Assembly: GCA_028707125.1 (NCBI GenBank)
Contig: JAQTUX010000001.1
Location: 1,194,438 to 1,258,437 of the forward strand
From: Candidatus Omnitrophota bacterium
GTDB taxonomy: Bacteria > Omnitrophota > Gorgyraeia > Gygaellales > JAQTUX01
DNA: 64,000 bases
Direction: 5' to 3'
In this document: positions 17,793 to 28,461 of the stretch, piece by piece
How the letters are laid out: every line of letters starts with the position of its first letter
Position numbering within the stretch: the stretch's first letter is position 1
Position numbers and translations under genes: made by a program
The notes under the pieces: generated by a model
The model's database searches: none
Told to the model about the DNA's origin: nothing
What the model saw: the letters and a program-made list of their open reading frames with translations, nothing else

Positions 17793-18431
17793 CTACTTTT
17801 TCAGTATCTCAATGAGCTTCCTATATACCACGTCCGAATCTTCGTCGGCCGATAACTTCAGCAGTATGCCTTCGTTATTATAATAATCTATCAAAGACGA
17901 TGTTTGCTTCAGATAAACGTCCAGGCGCTTTTTTACGGTATCGGCCTGGTCATCGGAACGCTGGATCAGTTCCGCGCCGCAGGCATCGCATAAGCCTTCC
18001 GACCTGGGAGGCATATTCTTGATGTGATAATTCGCCCCGCATTTTTTGCATACGCGCCTGCCGGTCAGCCGCTGTATGACAACATCCTCTGAGGCCTCCA
18101 GGTAGATAACCGCGTCTATCGGCTTATCAGTCAATATCTCATCCAGGCGCTTTGCCTGCGATATATTGCGCGGGTAGCCGTCAAGGATGAACCCCTTGGA
18201 CGCGTCTTCTTTCTTAAGGCGCAAGGAGACCATCTGGGTCACAAGGTCGTCGGGGACCAGCTCGCCCTTGTTCATTATCTCGCGCACCTTTGCCGCGATA
18301 TCAGAATTACCCTTCACCGTCTCTCTCAATATGTCGCCGGTTGAGATATGCGGCACCTTGAGATATTCAATGAGCAATTTTGCCTGCGTCCCCTTGCCTG
18401 CCCCAGGCGGTCCGAGCAATACTATCCTCAT
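17793..18431 (-). CDS. adk: Adenylate kinase (zinc-lid type)
   Basis: 212 aa; GPPGAGKGTQA P-loop, CKKCG...CDACG lid cysteines. Confidence 0.9.
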   Translation of the reverse strand: MRIVLLGPPGAGKGTQAKLLIEYLKVPHISTGDILRETVKGNSDIAAKVREIMNKGELVPDDLVTQMVSLRLKKEDASKGFILDGYPRNISQAKRLDEILTDKPIDAVIYLEASEDVVIQRLTGRRVCKKCGANYHIKNMPPRSEGLCDACGAELIQRSDDQADTVKKRLDVYLKQTSSLIDYYNNEGILLKLSADEDSDVVYRKLIEILKK

Positions 18432-19774
18432 CTTCTTCCCTTTATCTTCGCCGATTTGATAAACCCCTCGTAGTGCCTCATAAGAAGATGGGACTCGATC
18501 TGTTTTATGGTATCCAGCATTACCCCTACGACTATAAGGATACCGGTGCCGCCGAAGAATGAAGCGATCAAATAAGGGACATTAAGCGACGCCATGATCA
18601 TATCCGGCAATATCGCGATCGCTACTATGAACATCGCGCCTGCCAGCGTGATCCGGGTCATTACATAGTTAAGATACTCCGCTGTAGGCTCGCCCGGCCG
18701 TATGCCCGGGATAAAGCCGCCGTATTTCTTCATATTGTCCGCGAGGTCGCGCGGATTAAAGACAATGGCGGTATAGAAATAACAGAAGAACACTATTAAT
18801 AAAGCATAGAGCAGCGTATAAGGGCCATGCCCGCGCGACAGCGACTCTGCTATACGCTGAAACGCCGGGTTGGGAATAAAGGTGGCGAGCGTAGCCGGAA
18901 ATAATATGATGGACTGCGCGAAGATTATGGCTATGACCCCTGAAGTATCGACCTTCAAAGGGATATAGGTGCTCTGCCCGCCGTAGATCTTCCTGCCGAC
19001 TATCCTTCTGGCGTACTGGACAGGGATCTTACGCTGGCCTTGCGTGATCAGCGTGACAGACCAGACCACCGCCACAAGGAATGCCGCCATGATCAAAAGC
19101 GTCACGGGTTCGATCTGCCTGGCAGCGCCCTTTCCGGGAGCGATAAGAAAAAACAACTGCTGTATGGCTGTGGGGATCCGCGAGATAATGCCCGCGGTGA
19201 TTATCAAAGATATCCCGTTGCCGATGCCTCTCTCCTGTATCTGCTCTCCCAGCCACATTATGAAGATCGTCCCGCCGGTAAGCGTTATCATCGTGATAAA
19301 ACGAAAACTCCAGCCGGGATCGGCCACTATGCTCAAACCCTCAAACCTTGCCGGGCTTTCCAGCCACAGCGATATAAAGAACGACTGGACTAAAGCCAGC
19401 GCGACAGTGCCGTACCTTGTGTACTGGTTGATCTTCTGATAGCCCGCCTGCCCTTCCTTGGCTAACTTCTCCAAAGCGGGGACTATAGCCGTAAGCAGCT
19501 GCAATATGATGGAGGCGGATATGTAAGGCATGATGCCCAACGCGAATATGGTGATCCGCTCCATCGCGCCGCCGGAAAACATATTGATTATGCCAAAGAG
19601 CGCGCCGCCTTGTGTCTGGCCTATCTGTTTAAAAAACTTGGCGAGCTCAGCGCCGTTGATCCCCGGAGTAGGCACGAAACAGCCGATCCTGTATACCACA
19701 AGAAGGCCCAGGGTAACCAACAGCTTCTTCTTCAGTTCCGGTATCCTAAAGGAATTAAGAAGCGCGCTGAGCAT
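18428..19774 (-). CDS. secY: Preprotein translocase subunit SecY
   Basis: 448 aa, 10 predicted TM helices, SecY signature [11 protein letters not shown]. Confidence 0.9.
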   Translation of the reverse strand: MLSALLNSFRIPELKKKLLVTLGLLVVYRIGCFVPTPGINGAELAKFFKQIGQTQGGALFGIINMFSGGAMERITIFALGIMPYISASIILQLLTAIVPALEKLAKEGQAGYQKINQYTRYGTVALALVQSFFISLWLESPARFEGLSIVADPGWSFRFITMITLTGGTIFIMWLGEQIQERGIGNGISLIITAGIISRIPTAIQQLFFLIAPGKGAARQIEPVTLLIMAAFLVAVVWSVTLITQGQRKIPVQYARRIVGRKIYGGQSTYIPLKVDTSGVIAIIFAQSIILFPATLATFIPNPAFQRIAESLSRGHGPYTLLYALLIVFFCYFYTAIVFNPRDLADNMKKYGGFIPGIRPGEPTAEYLNYVMTRITLAGAMFIVAIAILPDMIMASLNVPYLIASFFGGTGILIVVGVMLDTIKQIESHLLMRHYEGFIKSAKIKGRR

Positions 19775-20213
19775 TTCTTATAACCGCTTTACCGCCCGCC
19801 TTTTCAATCGACCGGCGTGCTGCCTTTGAGAAAGCATCCGCCTCTACAGTGAGCGGCTTTGCCAATTCCATATTGCCCAGTATCTTTATCGGGCCTTTCT
19901 CGTCTTTTATCAGCCGTTTTTCCTTTAACAGCGCGGGATTAAGAACGCTGTCTTTCTCAAACCGCTTCAGCCGCGCGATGTCTATCAGCTGATATTCGGA
20001 CCTCTTATATACCCTGAACCCTCTTTTGGGGATCTTCCTGATAAGCGGCATCTGGCCGCCTTCAAAGCCGGCGTAAAAATGCCTGCCTGCCCTCGACAAC
20101 TGCCCTTTAGAGCCGCGGCAGGAGGTCTTGCCGTGGCCTGAACTTGAGCCGCGCCCCCTGAGCTTCTTTCTCCTCCTTGAGCCCTCCGGAGGGCGGATCT
20201 CGCTAAGCAACAT
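19755..20213 (-). CDS. rplO: 50S ribosomal protein L15
   Basis: 152 aa; [19 protein letters not shown] glycine-rich N-terminus typical of L15. Confidence 0.85.
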   Translation of the reverse strand: MLLSEIRPPEGSRRRKKLRGRGSSSGHGKTSCRGSKGQLSRAGRHFYAGFEGGQMPLIRKIPKRGFRVYKRSEYQLIDIARLKRFEKDSVLNPALLKEKRLIKDEKGPIKILGNMELAKPLTVEADAFSKAARRSIEKAGGKAVIRNAQRAS

Positions 20214-20703
20214 TCTGTTCTACCTCCCGGTCCGGCTTAAGGCGGGCAAGGCCGTCAAATACCGCCTTGATAACATTTACCGGATTGTTTGACTTGAGGC
20301 ACTTTGTAAGTATATCCTTGATGCCCGCCGCCTCGCAGACCGCCCTGACGCTTCCGGCCGCGATTATGCCGGTCCCTTCCGACGCCGGCCTCAGCAATAC
20401 CGTGGCCGCGCCGAATTTTCCCAGTATATCGTGGCTTATTGTCGTACCCTTCAGATCGATCTTCACCATGCTCTTCTTGGCGGCGGCCAAACCCTTGCGT
20501 ATGGCATCGGCAACTTCGTTTGCCTTGCCCAGGGCAAAGCCCGCGTTGCCTTTTTTATTGCCGACCACGACCAGGGCGCTGAAAGACATTTTCTTGCCGC
20601 CTTTGGTAACCTTGGTTATCCTGTTTATGGTAACCACCTTTTCCACAAAATCCGGCTGCTCCTGACGGCCGCCTTCTCTAGTACCCCCTCTTGGATTATT
20701 CAT
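20203..20703 (-). CDS. rpsE: 30S ribosomal protein S5
   Basis: 166 aa; dsRBD plus S5 C-terminal domain ([16 protein letters not shown]). Confidence 0.9.
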   Translation of the reverse strand: MNNPRGGTREGGRQEQPDFVEKVVTINRITKVTKGGKKMSFSALVVVGNKKGNAGFALGKANEVADAIRKGLAAAKKSMVKIDLKGTTISHDILGKFGAATVLLRPASEGTGIIAAGSVRAVCEAAGIKDILTKCLKSNNPVNVIKAVFDGLARLKPDREVEQNVA

Positions 20704-20711
20704 ATCGTGCC

Positions 20712-21086
20712 TTATTTTCCTTTGTCGTTAAAACTTAAACCCGCGCCTTTTGCCGCCTCGGCAAGCGCCTTTATCCTGCCATGATAGGCATAGCCGGCGC
20801 GGTCAAAGACAACCTGCTTTACCCCGCGTTCCCCCGCGAGCCGGGCGACCTCCCGCCCTAATACGGCAGCGGCCTTTACGTTTCCGCCGTAAGGCAGCGA
20901 CTTCTTTATGGCCTTATCGGCAGTGCTTAAGGAAAAAAGCGTCTTCTGCCGGCTGTCATCAATGACCTGCGCGCAAATATTCTTGAGGCTCCTGAAGACG
21001 CACAAACGCGGCATAGATGAAGAGCCGTGTATCTTCTTCCTTATCCTTTTATGCCTTTCCAATCTTGCTATCTTTTTCTTATCCAT
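20712..21086 (-). CDS. rplR: 50S ribosomal protein L18
   Basis: 124 aa; RLCVFRSLKNICAQVIDD...VVFDRAGYAYHGRIKALA. Confidence 0.85.
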   Translation of the reverse strand: MDKKKIARLERHKRIRKKIHGSSSMPRLCVFRSLKNICAQVIDDSRQKTLFSLSTADKAIKKSLPYGGNVKAAAVLGREVARLAGERGVKQVVFDRAGYAYHGRIKALAEAAKGAGLSFNDKGK

Positions 21087-21087
21087 A

Positions 21088-21636
21088 TTATGACGACTTA
21101 GTTGTTGCCGCTTTTCCGAGTTTCTTCTTGACCTTTTCTCCCGCGTAGCGGATGCCGGTGCCTTTATACGGCTCGGGCCGGAAAATAGAACGGATCTCAG
21201 CGGCTATCTCCCCTACGCGCTGCCTGTTGATGCCGCTTACGCTTATCAGGGTATTCTTCTGTACCTCTATCTTAATGTCGTCGGGCACAGGGAAAACCAC
21301 GGGATGGGTGAACCTTAAGGTAATCATCAGGTTCTTCCCCTGCACAACCGCCTTATATCCTACACCCTGTATCTCAAGCTGTTTGGCGTAACCCTCCTTG
21401 ACCCCTCTTACTATGTTAAAAACCAGCGCCCTGCTAAGGCCGTGAAGCGACTTTGCTGCCTTGCTGTCATCGGCCCTTGTCAGGACCAGTTTATTGTCTT
21501 CCAGTCTCGCCTCTATGGGCCCGGGAAGAGTATAGGCGTCTCTGCCTTTAGGGCCTTCGGCGGAGATCTGTTTGCCGCTGACCTGCAGCTTAACTCCCTC
21601 GGGGATCGCTATCGGTTGTTTTCCTAGTCTTGACAT
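21088..21636 (-). CDS. rplF: 50S ribosomal protein L6
   Basis: 182 aa; MSRLGKQPIAIPEGVKLQVSG, two L6 domains. Confidence 0.9.
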   Translation of the reverse strand: MSRLGKQPIAIPEGVKLQVSGKQISAEGPKGRDAYTLPGPIEARLEDNKLVLTRADDSKAAKSLHGLSRALVFNIVRGVKEGYAKQLEIQGVGYKAVVQGKNLMITLRFTHPVVFPVPDDIKIEVQKNTLISVSGINRQRVGEIAAEIRSIFRPEPYKGTGIRYAGEKVKKKLGKAATTKSS

Positions 21637-21661
21637 ATCGTATTAGCGTTAATTAGCGTTT

Positions 21662-22063
21662 TTACCAAATGTAAAACAAAACCTCGCCGCCGATTTTCTG
21701 GCCGCGCGCCTCTTTATTTGTCATCAGGCCTTTAGAAGTGGAAACAACTGCCAGCCCTTTACCGCGAAGCACAAAAGGCATATCCTTACACCGGGAATAA
21801 ACCCTTAATCCGGGCTTTGACCTGCGCTGTATCCCGGTCAAGACGGGCTTCTTGGGCGCGTAGTATTTAAGGTATACCCTCAGGCGCTTGCGGCTTCCCT
21901 CTTGTTCCAACGGCTTTATCTCTGCTATATAATGCTCCCTTTTCAATATCTCCAGGATCGACTGAGTCATCCTGGAAAAAGGCACATCAACGCTCTCTTT
22001 GAATACCATTGAGGCGTTCTTCAATTTAACTAACGTATCTGCTATCGGATCGGTTATTGACAT
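21662..22063 (-). CDS. rpsH: 30S ribosomal protein S8
   Basis: 133 aa; MSITDPIADTLVKLKNA. Confidence 0.9.
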   Translation of the reverse strand: MSITDPIADTLVKLKNASMVFKESVDVPFSRMTQSILEILKREHYIAEIKPLEQEGSRKRLRVYLKYYAPKKPVLTGIQRRSKPGLRVYSRCKDMPFVLRGKGLAVVSTSKGLMTNKEARGQKIGGEVLFYIW

Positions 22064-22076
22064 TTTTAGGTTCCTC

Positions 22077-22262
22077 TTACCAGCTTGCCTTTTTCACGCC
22101 CGGTATCAAACCCCTCCAGGCCAATTCGCGGAAACAGATCCTGCAGAGCTGAAATCTCCTCAGGTAACCCCTTGACCTTCCGCAGATAGGGCAGCGATTA
22201 TGTTGCCTTGTGCTGAATTTCGGCTTCCTCTTCCAACGTTCTATCTGTGATTCTTTCGCCAT
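22077..22262 (-). CDS. rpsN: 30S ribosomal protein S14, zinc-binding type Z
   Basis: 61 aa; [25 protein letters not shown] Cys4 motif. Confidence 0.85.
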   Translation of the reverse strand: MAKESQIERWKRKPKFSTRQHNRCPICGRSRGYLRRFQLCRICFRELAWRGLIPGVKKASW

Positions 22263-22268
22263 TTAGTT

Positions 22269-22829
22269 TTACTCCGATTTAAAAGGCATCCCGAAATGCT
22301 TTAATAATTCGCGCGACTCCTCTTTGGAGCCGCCTTCTATCACAAACGTTATATCCATACCCTGGACCCTGGAGATCTTATCGTAGTTGATCTCGGGAAA
22401 TATCGCCTGTTCAGATAACCCCAAGGTAAAATTCCCGTCTTTATCAAAGGCGCCCGGGTTGACCCCTCTGAAATCCTTTATCCTCGGTATGGCGAAACTT
22501 ATCAGGCGGTCCATGAATTCATACATGATCCTGCGCCTCAATGTAACCTTGCAGCCCACAGGCGCGTTCTTCTTGAGCTTGAAATTGGAGATGGCCGTCC
22601 TGGCGCGCCTTAAAAGGGGCTTTTGGCCGGTTATAAGCGCCAGCTCCTCCACCGCCTTATCCATTATCTTGATGTCGGTAAGCGCCTCTCCCACGCCCAT
22701 ATTCACCACTATCTTCTTAAGGCGCGGCACCTGCATAGGGTTCTTGTAGCCGAAGCGCTTCATCATCTGCGGGATGACCTCTTCCTTATATCTTACCTGC
22801 AGCCGTGCCGGCTGTGACTTCTGGTCCAT
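22269..22829 (-). CDS. rplE: 50S ribosomal protein L5
   Basis: 186 aa; L5 signature RGMDITFV. Confidence 0.9.
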   Translation of the reverse strand: MDQKSQPARLQVRYKEEVIPQMMKRFGYKNPMQVPRLKKIVVNMGVGEALTDIKIMDKAVEELALITGQKPLLRRARTAISNFKLKKNAPVGCKVTLRRRIMYEFMDRLISFAIPRIKDFRGVNPGAFDKDGNFTLGLSEQAIFPEINYDKISRVQGMDITFVIEGGSKEESRELLKHFGMPFKSE

Positions 22830-22832
22830 TTT

Positions 22833-23144
22833 CTATAATGTCTCCTTGCAATTCTTGCAGACGCGCGCCTTTGTCCCGTCTTTAAGCACGGTAAAACCTA
22901 CCCTCGTCGCCTTATGGCAGCGGCCGCATACCAGCATGATATTAGAGATGTTTATGGGAGAATCTACCGACACTATACCTGCCTGCTGGCCTTCTTTTAC
23001 CCGGCGCATATGCTTTTTTACAACGTTGATACCTTCAACCAGCGCCTTGCCTTCCGCGAGGTATAACTGCAACACCTTGCCGGTCTTACCCCTGTCTCTG
23101 CCGGAAAGCACTTTTACTGTGTCGTTTTTCTTTATCTTCAACAT
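22833..23144 (-). CDS. rplX: 50S ribosomal protein L24
   Basis: 103 aa; KOW motif MLKIKKNDTVKVLSGRDRGKTGKV. Confidence 0.85.
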   Translation of the reverse strand: MLKIKKNDTVKVLSGRDRGKTGKVLQLYLAEGKALVEGINVVKKHMRRVKEGQQAGIVSVDSPINISNIMLVCGRCHKATRVGFTVLKDGTKARVCKNCKETL

Positions 23145-23145
23145 A

Positions 23146-23514
23146 TTAAATTACCTCCGGCGCCAGCGAGATGATCTTAGTAAAATTCTTGTCCCTTAAT
23201 TCTCTCGCCACCGGGCCGAACACTCTGGTGCCCCTGGGATTAAGCTGATTATCTATGAATACCACCGCGTTCCTGTCAAACCTTAATATGGAGCCGTCCT
23301 CGCGCCTTATGGGCGCCCTGGTGCGCACGACGACCGCCCTTGCCTTTTCGCCCTTCTTGATTATCGCCTCGGGCTGCGACTCCTTTATATTGACCATTAT
23401 GATATCGCCGACATTCGCGAAGGGCTTCCCCTTGCATCCGATAACGCCTATGCAGGAGGCCTTTCTGGCTCCGGTATTATCCGCCACATCTAATATTGAC
23501 CTGAGTTGTATCAT
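23146..23514 (-). CDS. rplN: 50S ribosomal protein L14
   Basis: 122 aa; [18 protein letters not shown]. Confidence 0.9.
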   Translation of the reverse strand: MIQLRSILDVADNTGARKASCIGVIGCKGKPFANVGDIIMVNIKESQPEAIIKKGEKARAVVVRTRAPIRREDGSILRFDRNAVVFIDNQLNPRGTRVFGPVARELRDKNFTKIISLAPEVI

Positions 23515-23801
23515 TATGCCGCCTTTTTCAATATTTTAACCAGCCGGAAATGTTTTTCCTTTGATATGGGCCTGACTGCTTCTATCTCCACCCAGTCGCC
23601 CGCGTTAGCGCTGTTCTTTTCAACGTGCACTTTGAATTTTATCGCCCTCTTCATGACCTTGCCGTATAGAGCGTGCCTCGTAAGCGTGACGCAGCGGACG
23701 ATCGCGGTCTTATTCATCTTGCGCGAGAGCACCACGCCTCTCGTGCGCTTTCTTCCCTGTGCTTTTACCTTTGCGGCTATGTCTGTATTCTCTGTACTCA
23801 T
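23514..23801 (-). CDS. rpsQ: 30S ribosomal protein S17
   Basis: 95 aa; [20 protein letters not shown]. Confidence 0.85.
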   Translation of the reverse strand: MSTENTDIAAKVKAQGRKRTRGVVLSRKMNKTAIVRCVTLTRHALYGKVMKRAIKFKVHVEKNSANAGDWVEIEAVRPISKEKHFRLVKILKKAA

Positions 23802-23986
23802 TTACGCCTTTCCCTTAGAATAGTTTCTATCCTGGCAATGTCTTTTTTATACAGTGAAAAATTATGCGGCTTATCCACCCTGCCTGAAAATTTCTCAAAA
23901 TTAAGCTTAAACAGATCTCCCTGAAGAGAGATCTTCTTCTGCTCTAATTCCGCGTCGCTCAGGTTCTTCAACTCCGCTATCTTCAT
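23798..23986 (-). CDS. rpmC: 50S ribosomal protein L29
   Basis: 62 aa; MKIAELKNLSDAELEQK. Confidence 0.8.
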   Translation of the reverse strand: MKIAELKNLSDAELEQKKISLQGDLFKLNFEKFSGRVDKPHNFSLYKKDIARIETILRERRK

Positions 23987-24399
23987 TTATGCTCCCTTGC
24001 CACGAATTTCGTCCTGAAAGGCAGCTTATATGCCGCCAACCGGCATGCCTCTATAGCCAACGGCGCGGGAATGCCTCCCAATTCAAAGATTATATTGCCA
24101 CGCTTGACTATCGCCACCCATTTATCAAGTTCACCCTTGCCCTTGCCCATCCTGGTTTCCGCCGGCTTCTTGGTTGTGGACTTGTGAGGAAAAACGCGCA
24201 GCCACAGCCTTCCGCCGCGCCTCAACTGCCTGGTCAGAAGGACCCTTATGGCCTCTATCTGCGTATTGGTAAGCCAAGCGTTCCCCAACGCCTTAAGCCC
24301 GTATTCTCCAAAAGCCAGGTTTGCGCCTCTGGTGGCTACGCCCCTTCTTTTGCCGCGATGGAACTTCCTATACTTTACTCTCTTGGGCATTAGAGCCAT
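23983..24399 (-). CDS. rplP: 50S ribosomal protein L16
   Basis: 138 aa; LMPKRVKYRKFHRGKRRG. Confidence 0.9.
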   Translation of the reverse strand: MALMPKRVKYRKFHRGKRRGVATRGANLAFGEYGLKALGNAWLTNTQIEAIRVLLTRQLRRGGRLWLRVFPHKSTTKKPAETRMGKGKGELDKWVAIVKRGNIIFELGGIPAPLAIEACRLAAYKLPFRTKFVAREHK

Positions 24400-25057
24400 C
24401 TTCAGAGCCCTCCCGTGCTGCTTTCGGTTTGCCGATAATGTCGCCCATATAGACCCATGCCTTCACACCGATAGCCCCGTAGGTGGTGCGCGCTTCGGCA
24501 AAACCATAATCTATATCCGCCCTCAATGTCTGCAAGGGTATCTTGCCCTGCCTGTAGGTCTCCCGCCGGGACATCTCTGCCCCGCCGAGCCGGCCTGACG
24601 TCGCTATCTTTATGCCTTTGGCGCCTGAATTCATTGCCTGCTCAATAGCGCGTTTCATCGCCCTTCTGAAGGCGATGCGCTTTTCAAGCTGAAGCGCCAC
24701 ATTCTCCGCTACTAACTGGGCATTGACAGCGGGGTTCTTTACCTCTTCTATGTCTATCAAAAGCTCCCTGCCTACCATACCCGACAGGTCCTGCCTCAGG
24801 CGCTCTATGTCCGCCCCATGCCTGCCTATGATGATCCCCGGCCTGGCGCTATGGATCCTGACGCGTATCTTTTCGGTAAGCCGCTCAATGATTATGTGCG
24901 ATACGGCGGCCTGTTTGAATTTATCCTTTATGAACTTGCGTATTTTCTCGTCCTCGAGGATGAATTTGGCGAAATTCTGCCGCGGCGCGTACCACCTGCT
25001 GTGCCAATTCTTTATGATGCCTATTCTCAGTAAAAACGGATGAACCTTCTGTCCCAT
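24368..25057 (-). CDS. rpsC: 30S ribosomal protein S3
   Basis: 229 aa; MGQKVHPFLLRIGIIKNWHSRWYA, KH domain. Confidence 0.9.
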   Translation of the reverse strand: MGQKVHPFLLRIGIIKNWHSRWYAPRQNFAKFILEDEKIRKFIKDKFKQAAVSHIIIERLTEKIRVRIHSARPGIIIGRHGADIERLRQDLSGMVGRELLIDIEEVKNPAVNAQLVAENVALQLEKRIAFRRAMKRAIEQAMNSGAKGIKIATSGRLGGAEMSRRETYRQGKIPLQTLRADIDYGFAEARTTYGAIGVKAWVYMGDIIGKPKAAREGSEDGSNAQESKV

Positions 25058-25067
25058 ATTTGCGCTC

Positions 25068-25400
25068 TCAGGTTTTTAGATCCAACTCTATGGTTATATG
25101 AGATGTCCTCTTGCGTATCCTGGTCGCCCTGCCGAACGCCGCGGCCCTGAACCTTTTCCACATAGGGCCGTTTTCGCAGACCGCCTTGGAGACGTAAAGC
25201 TGCCTGGGCTCTATGCCTTTGGCCTTCGCCGAGGCAACGGCGGAATTAACAACCTTTGTTATCTGTGTCTTCGGCCTCTTATCCACGAAACTAAGGATAG
25301 TCAACGCCTCTGCCACATCCTTGCCCCTGATCAAGCCAAGCACCTGCCGCACTTTATTAGGGGTGAGTTTTATAAATTTCGCCTTCGCGTTTACTAACAT
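25068..25400 (-). CDS. rplV: 50S ribosomal protein L22
   Basis: 110 aa; L22 fold, RKRTSHITIEL. Confidence 0.85.
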   Translation of the reverse strand: MLVNAKAKFIKLTPNKVRQVLGLIRGKDVAEALTILSFVDKRPKTQITKVVNSAVASAKAKGIEPRQLYVSKAVCENGPMWKRFRAAAFGRATRIRKRTSHITIELDLKT

Positions 25401-25409
25401 ATATTTAAA

Positions 25410-25697
25410 TTAGGTTTTGTCCGCCGCCTTCTTCGCCTTTACTCCACCGTGCTTCTTAAATATCCTGGAGGGGGCGAATTCTCCCAACTTGTGCCCCACC
25501 ATATTTTCGGTCACAAATACCGGTATATGCTTGCGGCCGTCATGGACCAGGAAAGTCAACCCCACAAATTCCGGTATGATCGTGGAACGCCTTGACCAGG
25601 TCTTGACCGGCTGCCTCTGGCCTGTCTTCTGCAGACGTTCTACTTTCCTCATAAGGCTCTCTTCTACATAAGCTCCCTTGCTGACTGAACGCGGCAT
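25410..25697 (-). CDS. rpsS: 30S ribosomal protein S19
   Basis: 95 aa; [15 protein letters not shown]...[11 protein letters not shown]. Confidence 0.9.
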   Translation of the reverse strand: MPRSVSKGAYVEESLMRKVERLQKTGQRQPVKTWSRRSTIIPEFVGLTFLVHDGRKHIPVFVTENMVGHKLGEFAPSRIFKKHGGVKAKKAADKT

Positions 25698-25705
25698 AGT
25701 ATTTA

Positions 25706-26539
25706 TTATCTCCTTCTCTTAACTATGTACATATCCGAATACTTGCGCTTCTTGCGGGTCTTGTAACCCTTGGTCGGCATACCCCACGGGCTGACCGGAT
25801 GAGGGTTGCCCTGGCCTGATTTACCCTCTCCTCCGCCGTGCGGATGGTCTACCGGATTCATAGCCAGCCCCCTTATATTAGGAAGCCTGCCCAGCCATCT
25901 GTTGCGCCCTGCCTTGCCTTTAACAATGCCCTCATGCTCAATGTTGCTCACCTGGCCTATGGTAGCGCAACAGTCAATGCCGATCAGGCGCACCTCGCCG
26001 GAAGCAAGCCGTATATGGGCGAAATCGCCTTCTTTTGCCGTGATCTGGGCGGATGATCCGGCGCTGCGGATTATCTGAGCGCCCGAACCCTTGACCAGCT
26101 CAACGTTATGGATCATTGTCCCCAAAGGTATGACCCTGATAGGCAGGGTGTTGCCTGGTTTTATCTCGGTATCAGGATTATTAGAGCTCACGATCACATC
26201 GCCGGGCTTAAGGCCGGCGGGAGCTATTATATACCTTTTATCTTTATCCTGATATTCAAGCAAGGCGATCCTCGCCGACCTGTTAGGGTCGTACTCTATC
26301 GCCAGCACCTTAGCGGGCATGTCTTTCTTATCCCTCTTAAAATCAATGATCCTTAAACGCCGCTTATGCCCGCCGCCCCTGAACCTGACCGTTATACGGC
26401 CGTAGCAATTTCTGCCGCCCTTCTTCTTCAAAGGCAGAAGCAGCGACTTCTCCGGCGTTTTCTTGGTTATCTCTTCAAAAGTATAACCGGTTATATATCT
26501 TCTGCTGGGTGTGGTCGGGTTATATTTTTTTATTCCCAT
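25706..26539 (-). CDS. rplB: 50S ribosomal protein L2
   Basis: 277 aa; [29 protein letters not shown]. Confidence 0.9.
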   Translation of the reverse strand: MGIKKYNPTTPSRRYITGYTFEEITKKTPEKSLLLPLKKKGGRNCYGRITVRFRGGGHKRRLRIIDFKRDKKDMPAKVLAIEYDPNRSARIALLEYQDKDKRYIIAPAGLKPGDVIVSSNNPDTEIKPGNTLPIRVIPLGTMIHNVELVKGSGAQIIRSAGSSAQITAKEGDFAHIRLASGEVRLIGIDCCATIGQVSNIEHEGIVKGKAGRNRWLGRLPNIRGLAMNPVDHPHGGGEGKSGQGNPHPVSPWGMPTKGYKTRKKRKYSDMYIVKRRR

Positions 26540-26548
26540 AGCGTTCCT

Positions 26549-26830
26549 TTATTGAGAGAAATCTATCTTATCGCCTTTTTTAAGCGTGACTATCGCCTTT
26601 TTTATTTCGGGGGTCCGCCCTACCTGATAACGCACGGTCTTCGCCTTTCCGATAGACGTATAAGTATTGATCTTGTTTACCTTTACCTTATATATATCCT
26701 CTATGGCCTTCCTTATCGCGACCTTGCCGGCATTCTTATCCACGATAAAAAGATACTTGCCGGCCGGCTCCTCCAAAGTGGATTTCTCGGTACGTATTAT
26801 AGTCCTTATGCAATTACGCTCCGGCTTCAT
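26549..26830 (-). CDS. rplW: 50S ribosomal protein L23
   Basis: The track ORF starts at 26887. The start is reassigned to the internal ATG at 26828-26830 (MKPERNCIRTI...), which overlaps the rplD stop as ATGA and gives a typical 93-aa L23. Confidence 0.8.
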   Translation of the reverse strand: MKPERNCIRTIIRTEKSTLEEPAGKYLFIVDKNAGKVAIRKAIEDIYKVKVNKINTYTSIGKAKTVRYQVGRTPEIKKAIVTLKKGDKIDFSQ

Positions 26831-27450
26831 CGCAACCTCTTTAGCAGTTCCTTGAACGAACCGCTGCTGGTAAGCACCTTTTTGCAATTCATTATATCGT
26901 AAGCGTTGACATCGCTGACCCTGCGTATATTTATCCCGCTTATGTTGGCGGCGGCGCGCGCGTTGTCCTTATCCGCGGCTGATATGATAAACAGCGCCTT
27001 GCCCTCAACCTTAAGTTTCTTTAAAAGTTTGAAGAAATCCCCGGTCTTCTGAGACGGCAGCTTTATCTCATCTACCAGCACCAGGCCGTTATCGTTTAAT
27101 TTTCCGTTAAGAGAAGACCTGAGCGCCAGTAATTTTACCTGTTTTGGCGTGTCCAGCGCGAAATCCCTCGGGTGCGGGCCGAAGATGATCCCGCCGCCGC
27201 GCCATAAAGGCGAACGTATGGAGCCGACCCGCGCCCTGCCGGTCCCCTTCTGCCGCCACGGTTTCTTGCCGCCGCCGGAAACCTCGCCTCTTGTCCTGGT
27301 AGAGGCAAGTCCGCGCCTTTTGCCCGCCAGATACCCTACCGCGGCCCGATGCAGCGCGGAACTATTCACGCTGCCGTCAAAGATCTTAGCGTCAAGCTTG
27401 ATCTTCTCTACTTCTTTGCCGTTTATGTCTAGAACCGGAACTGTAAACAT
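26827..27450 (-). CDS. rplD: 50S ribosomal protein L4
   Basis: 207 aa; L4 family (ALHRAAVGYLAGKRRGLASTRTRGEVSGGGKKPWRQKGTGRAR). Confidence 0.85.
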   Translation of the reverse strand: MFTVPVLDINGKEVEKIKLDAKIFDGSVNSSALHRAAVGYLAGKRRGLASTRTRGEVSGGGKKPWRQKGTGRARVGSIRSPLWRGGGIIFGPHPRDFALDTPKQVKLLALRSSLNGKLNDNGLVLVDEIKLPSQKTGDFFKLLKKLKVEGKALFIISAADKDNARAAANISGINIRRVSDVNAYDIMNCKKVLTSSGSFKELLKRLR

Positions 27451-27470
27451 GGAGCCCCTTAATTTAGCGA

Positions 27471-28154
27471 TTATTTCTTAGCTGGTTTCTTCGGCCCTTT
27501 TTGCTCATCTTTCTTTGTCTGGATCGCGGCGGCTGCTACTGACAGCTTCTTACGTAACGAATTTTTTATCATCACATATCCGCCGTTTGAACCGGGGATA
27601 GCGCCTTTAACCATCAGGAGATTATTTTCAACGTCAACCCCTACTACTTTGAGATTCTGAACAGTAACGCGCGCGCAACCCATATGGCCGGGCATATGAT
27701 GGCCTTTCCATACTCTGCCGGGGGTTGTACTTGAACCGATAGAGCCCACTCTTCTATGCGAGGTTGAACCGTGGGTCATAGGGGTTCCCGACCAATTCCA
27801 TCTCTTCATACCGCCCTGAAACCCCTTGCCTTTGGAGATACCGATTACATCAACATAGTCGCCGTCTTTAAAAATATCCGTCTTGAGCTCCTCGCCGACC
27901 TTATATTCTGTCGCCGCGTCCTTCACTACTTCTCTTATAAACTTCCTCGGAGCGGTGTTGATTTTCTTAAACACGGCCAGCTGCGGCTTTTTGACATGCT
28001 TTTCTTTAACAACGTCAAAACCCAACTGGACCTTCTTATCTCCGACCTTCAGGACCACGCAGGGCCCTGCCTCAACCGCCGTAACAGAGACCATCTTTCC
28101 CTGCGTGTCGAAGATATGAGTGCAGCCGATTTTCTTTCCCAACAATCCGCTCAT
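27471..28154 (-). CDS. rplC: 50S ribosomal protein L3
   Basis: 227 aa; [16 protein letters not shown]... Confidence 0.9.
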   Translation of the reverse strand: MSGLLGKKIGCTHIFDTQGKMVSVTAVEAGPCVVLKVGDKKVQLGFDVVKEKHVKKPQLAVFKKINTAPRKFIREVVKDAATEYKVGEELKTDIFKDGDYVDVIGISKGKGFQGGMKRWNWSGTPMTHGSTSHRRVGSIGSSTTPGRVWKGHHMPGHMGCARVTVQNLKVVGVDVENNLLMVKGAIPGSNGGYVMIKNSLRKKLSVAAAAIQTKKDEQKGPKKPAKK

Positions 28155-28453
28155 TATCTTATCTCAACGTATACGCCCGCGGCCAGGTTCAGCTTACGCA
28201 AAGCATCTATTGTCTTCGCGGTCGGCTCCAGAAGCTCAAGCAGGCGCTTATGGGTGCAAAGAGAGAACTGCTCGCGGGACTTCTTATCGATCGTCGGCGA
28301 TCTCAGGACGGTATATACCTCTTTCCTGGTAGGAAGCGGTATAGGCCCTGACACCTGCGCGCCGGTCCTCTTTGCCGTCTCCACTATCTCCTTGACCGCC
28401 TGGTCAAGGAGACGGTGGTCGTATGCTTTCAATTTTATCCGTATTTTCTGCAT
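28154..28453 (-). CDS. rpsJ: 30S ribosomal protein S10
   Basis: 99 aa; [42 protein letters not shown]. Confidence 0.9.
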   Translation of the reverse strand: MQKIRIKLKAYDHRLLDQAVKEIVETAKRTGAQVSGPIPLPTRKEVYTVLRSPTIDKKSREQFSLCTHKRLLELLEPTAKTIDALRKLNLAAGVYVEIR

Positions 28454-28461
28454 GTATAATT

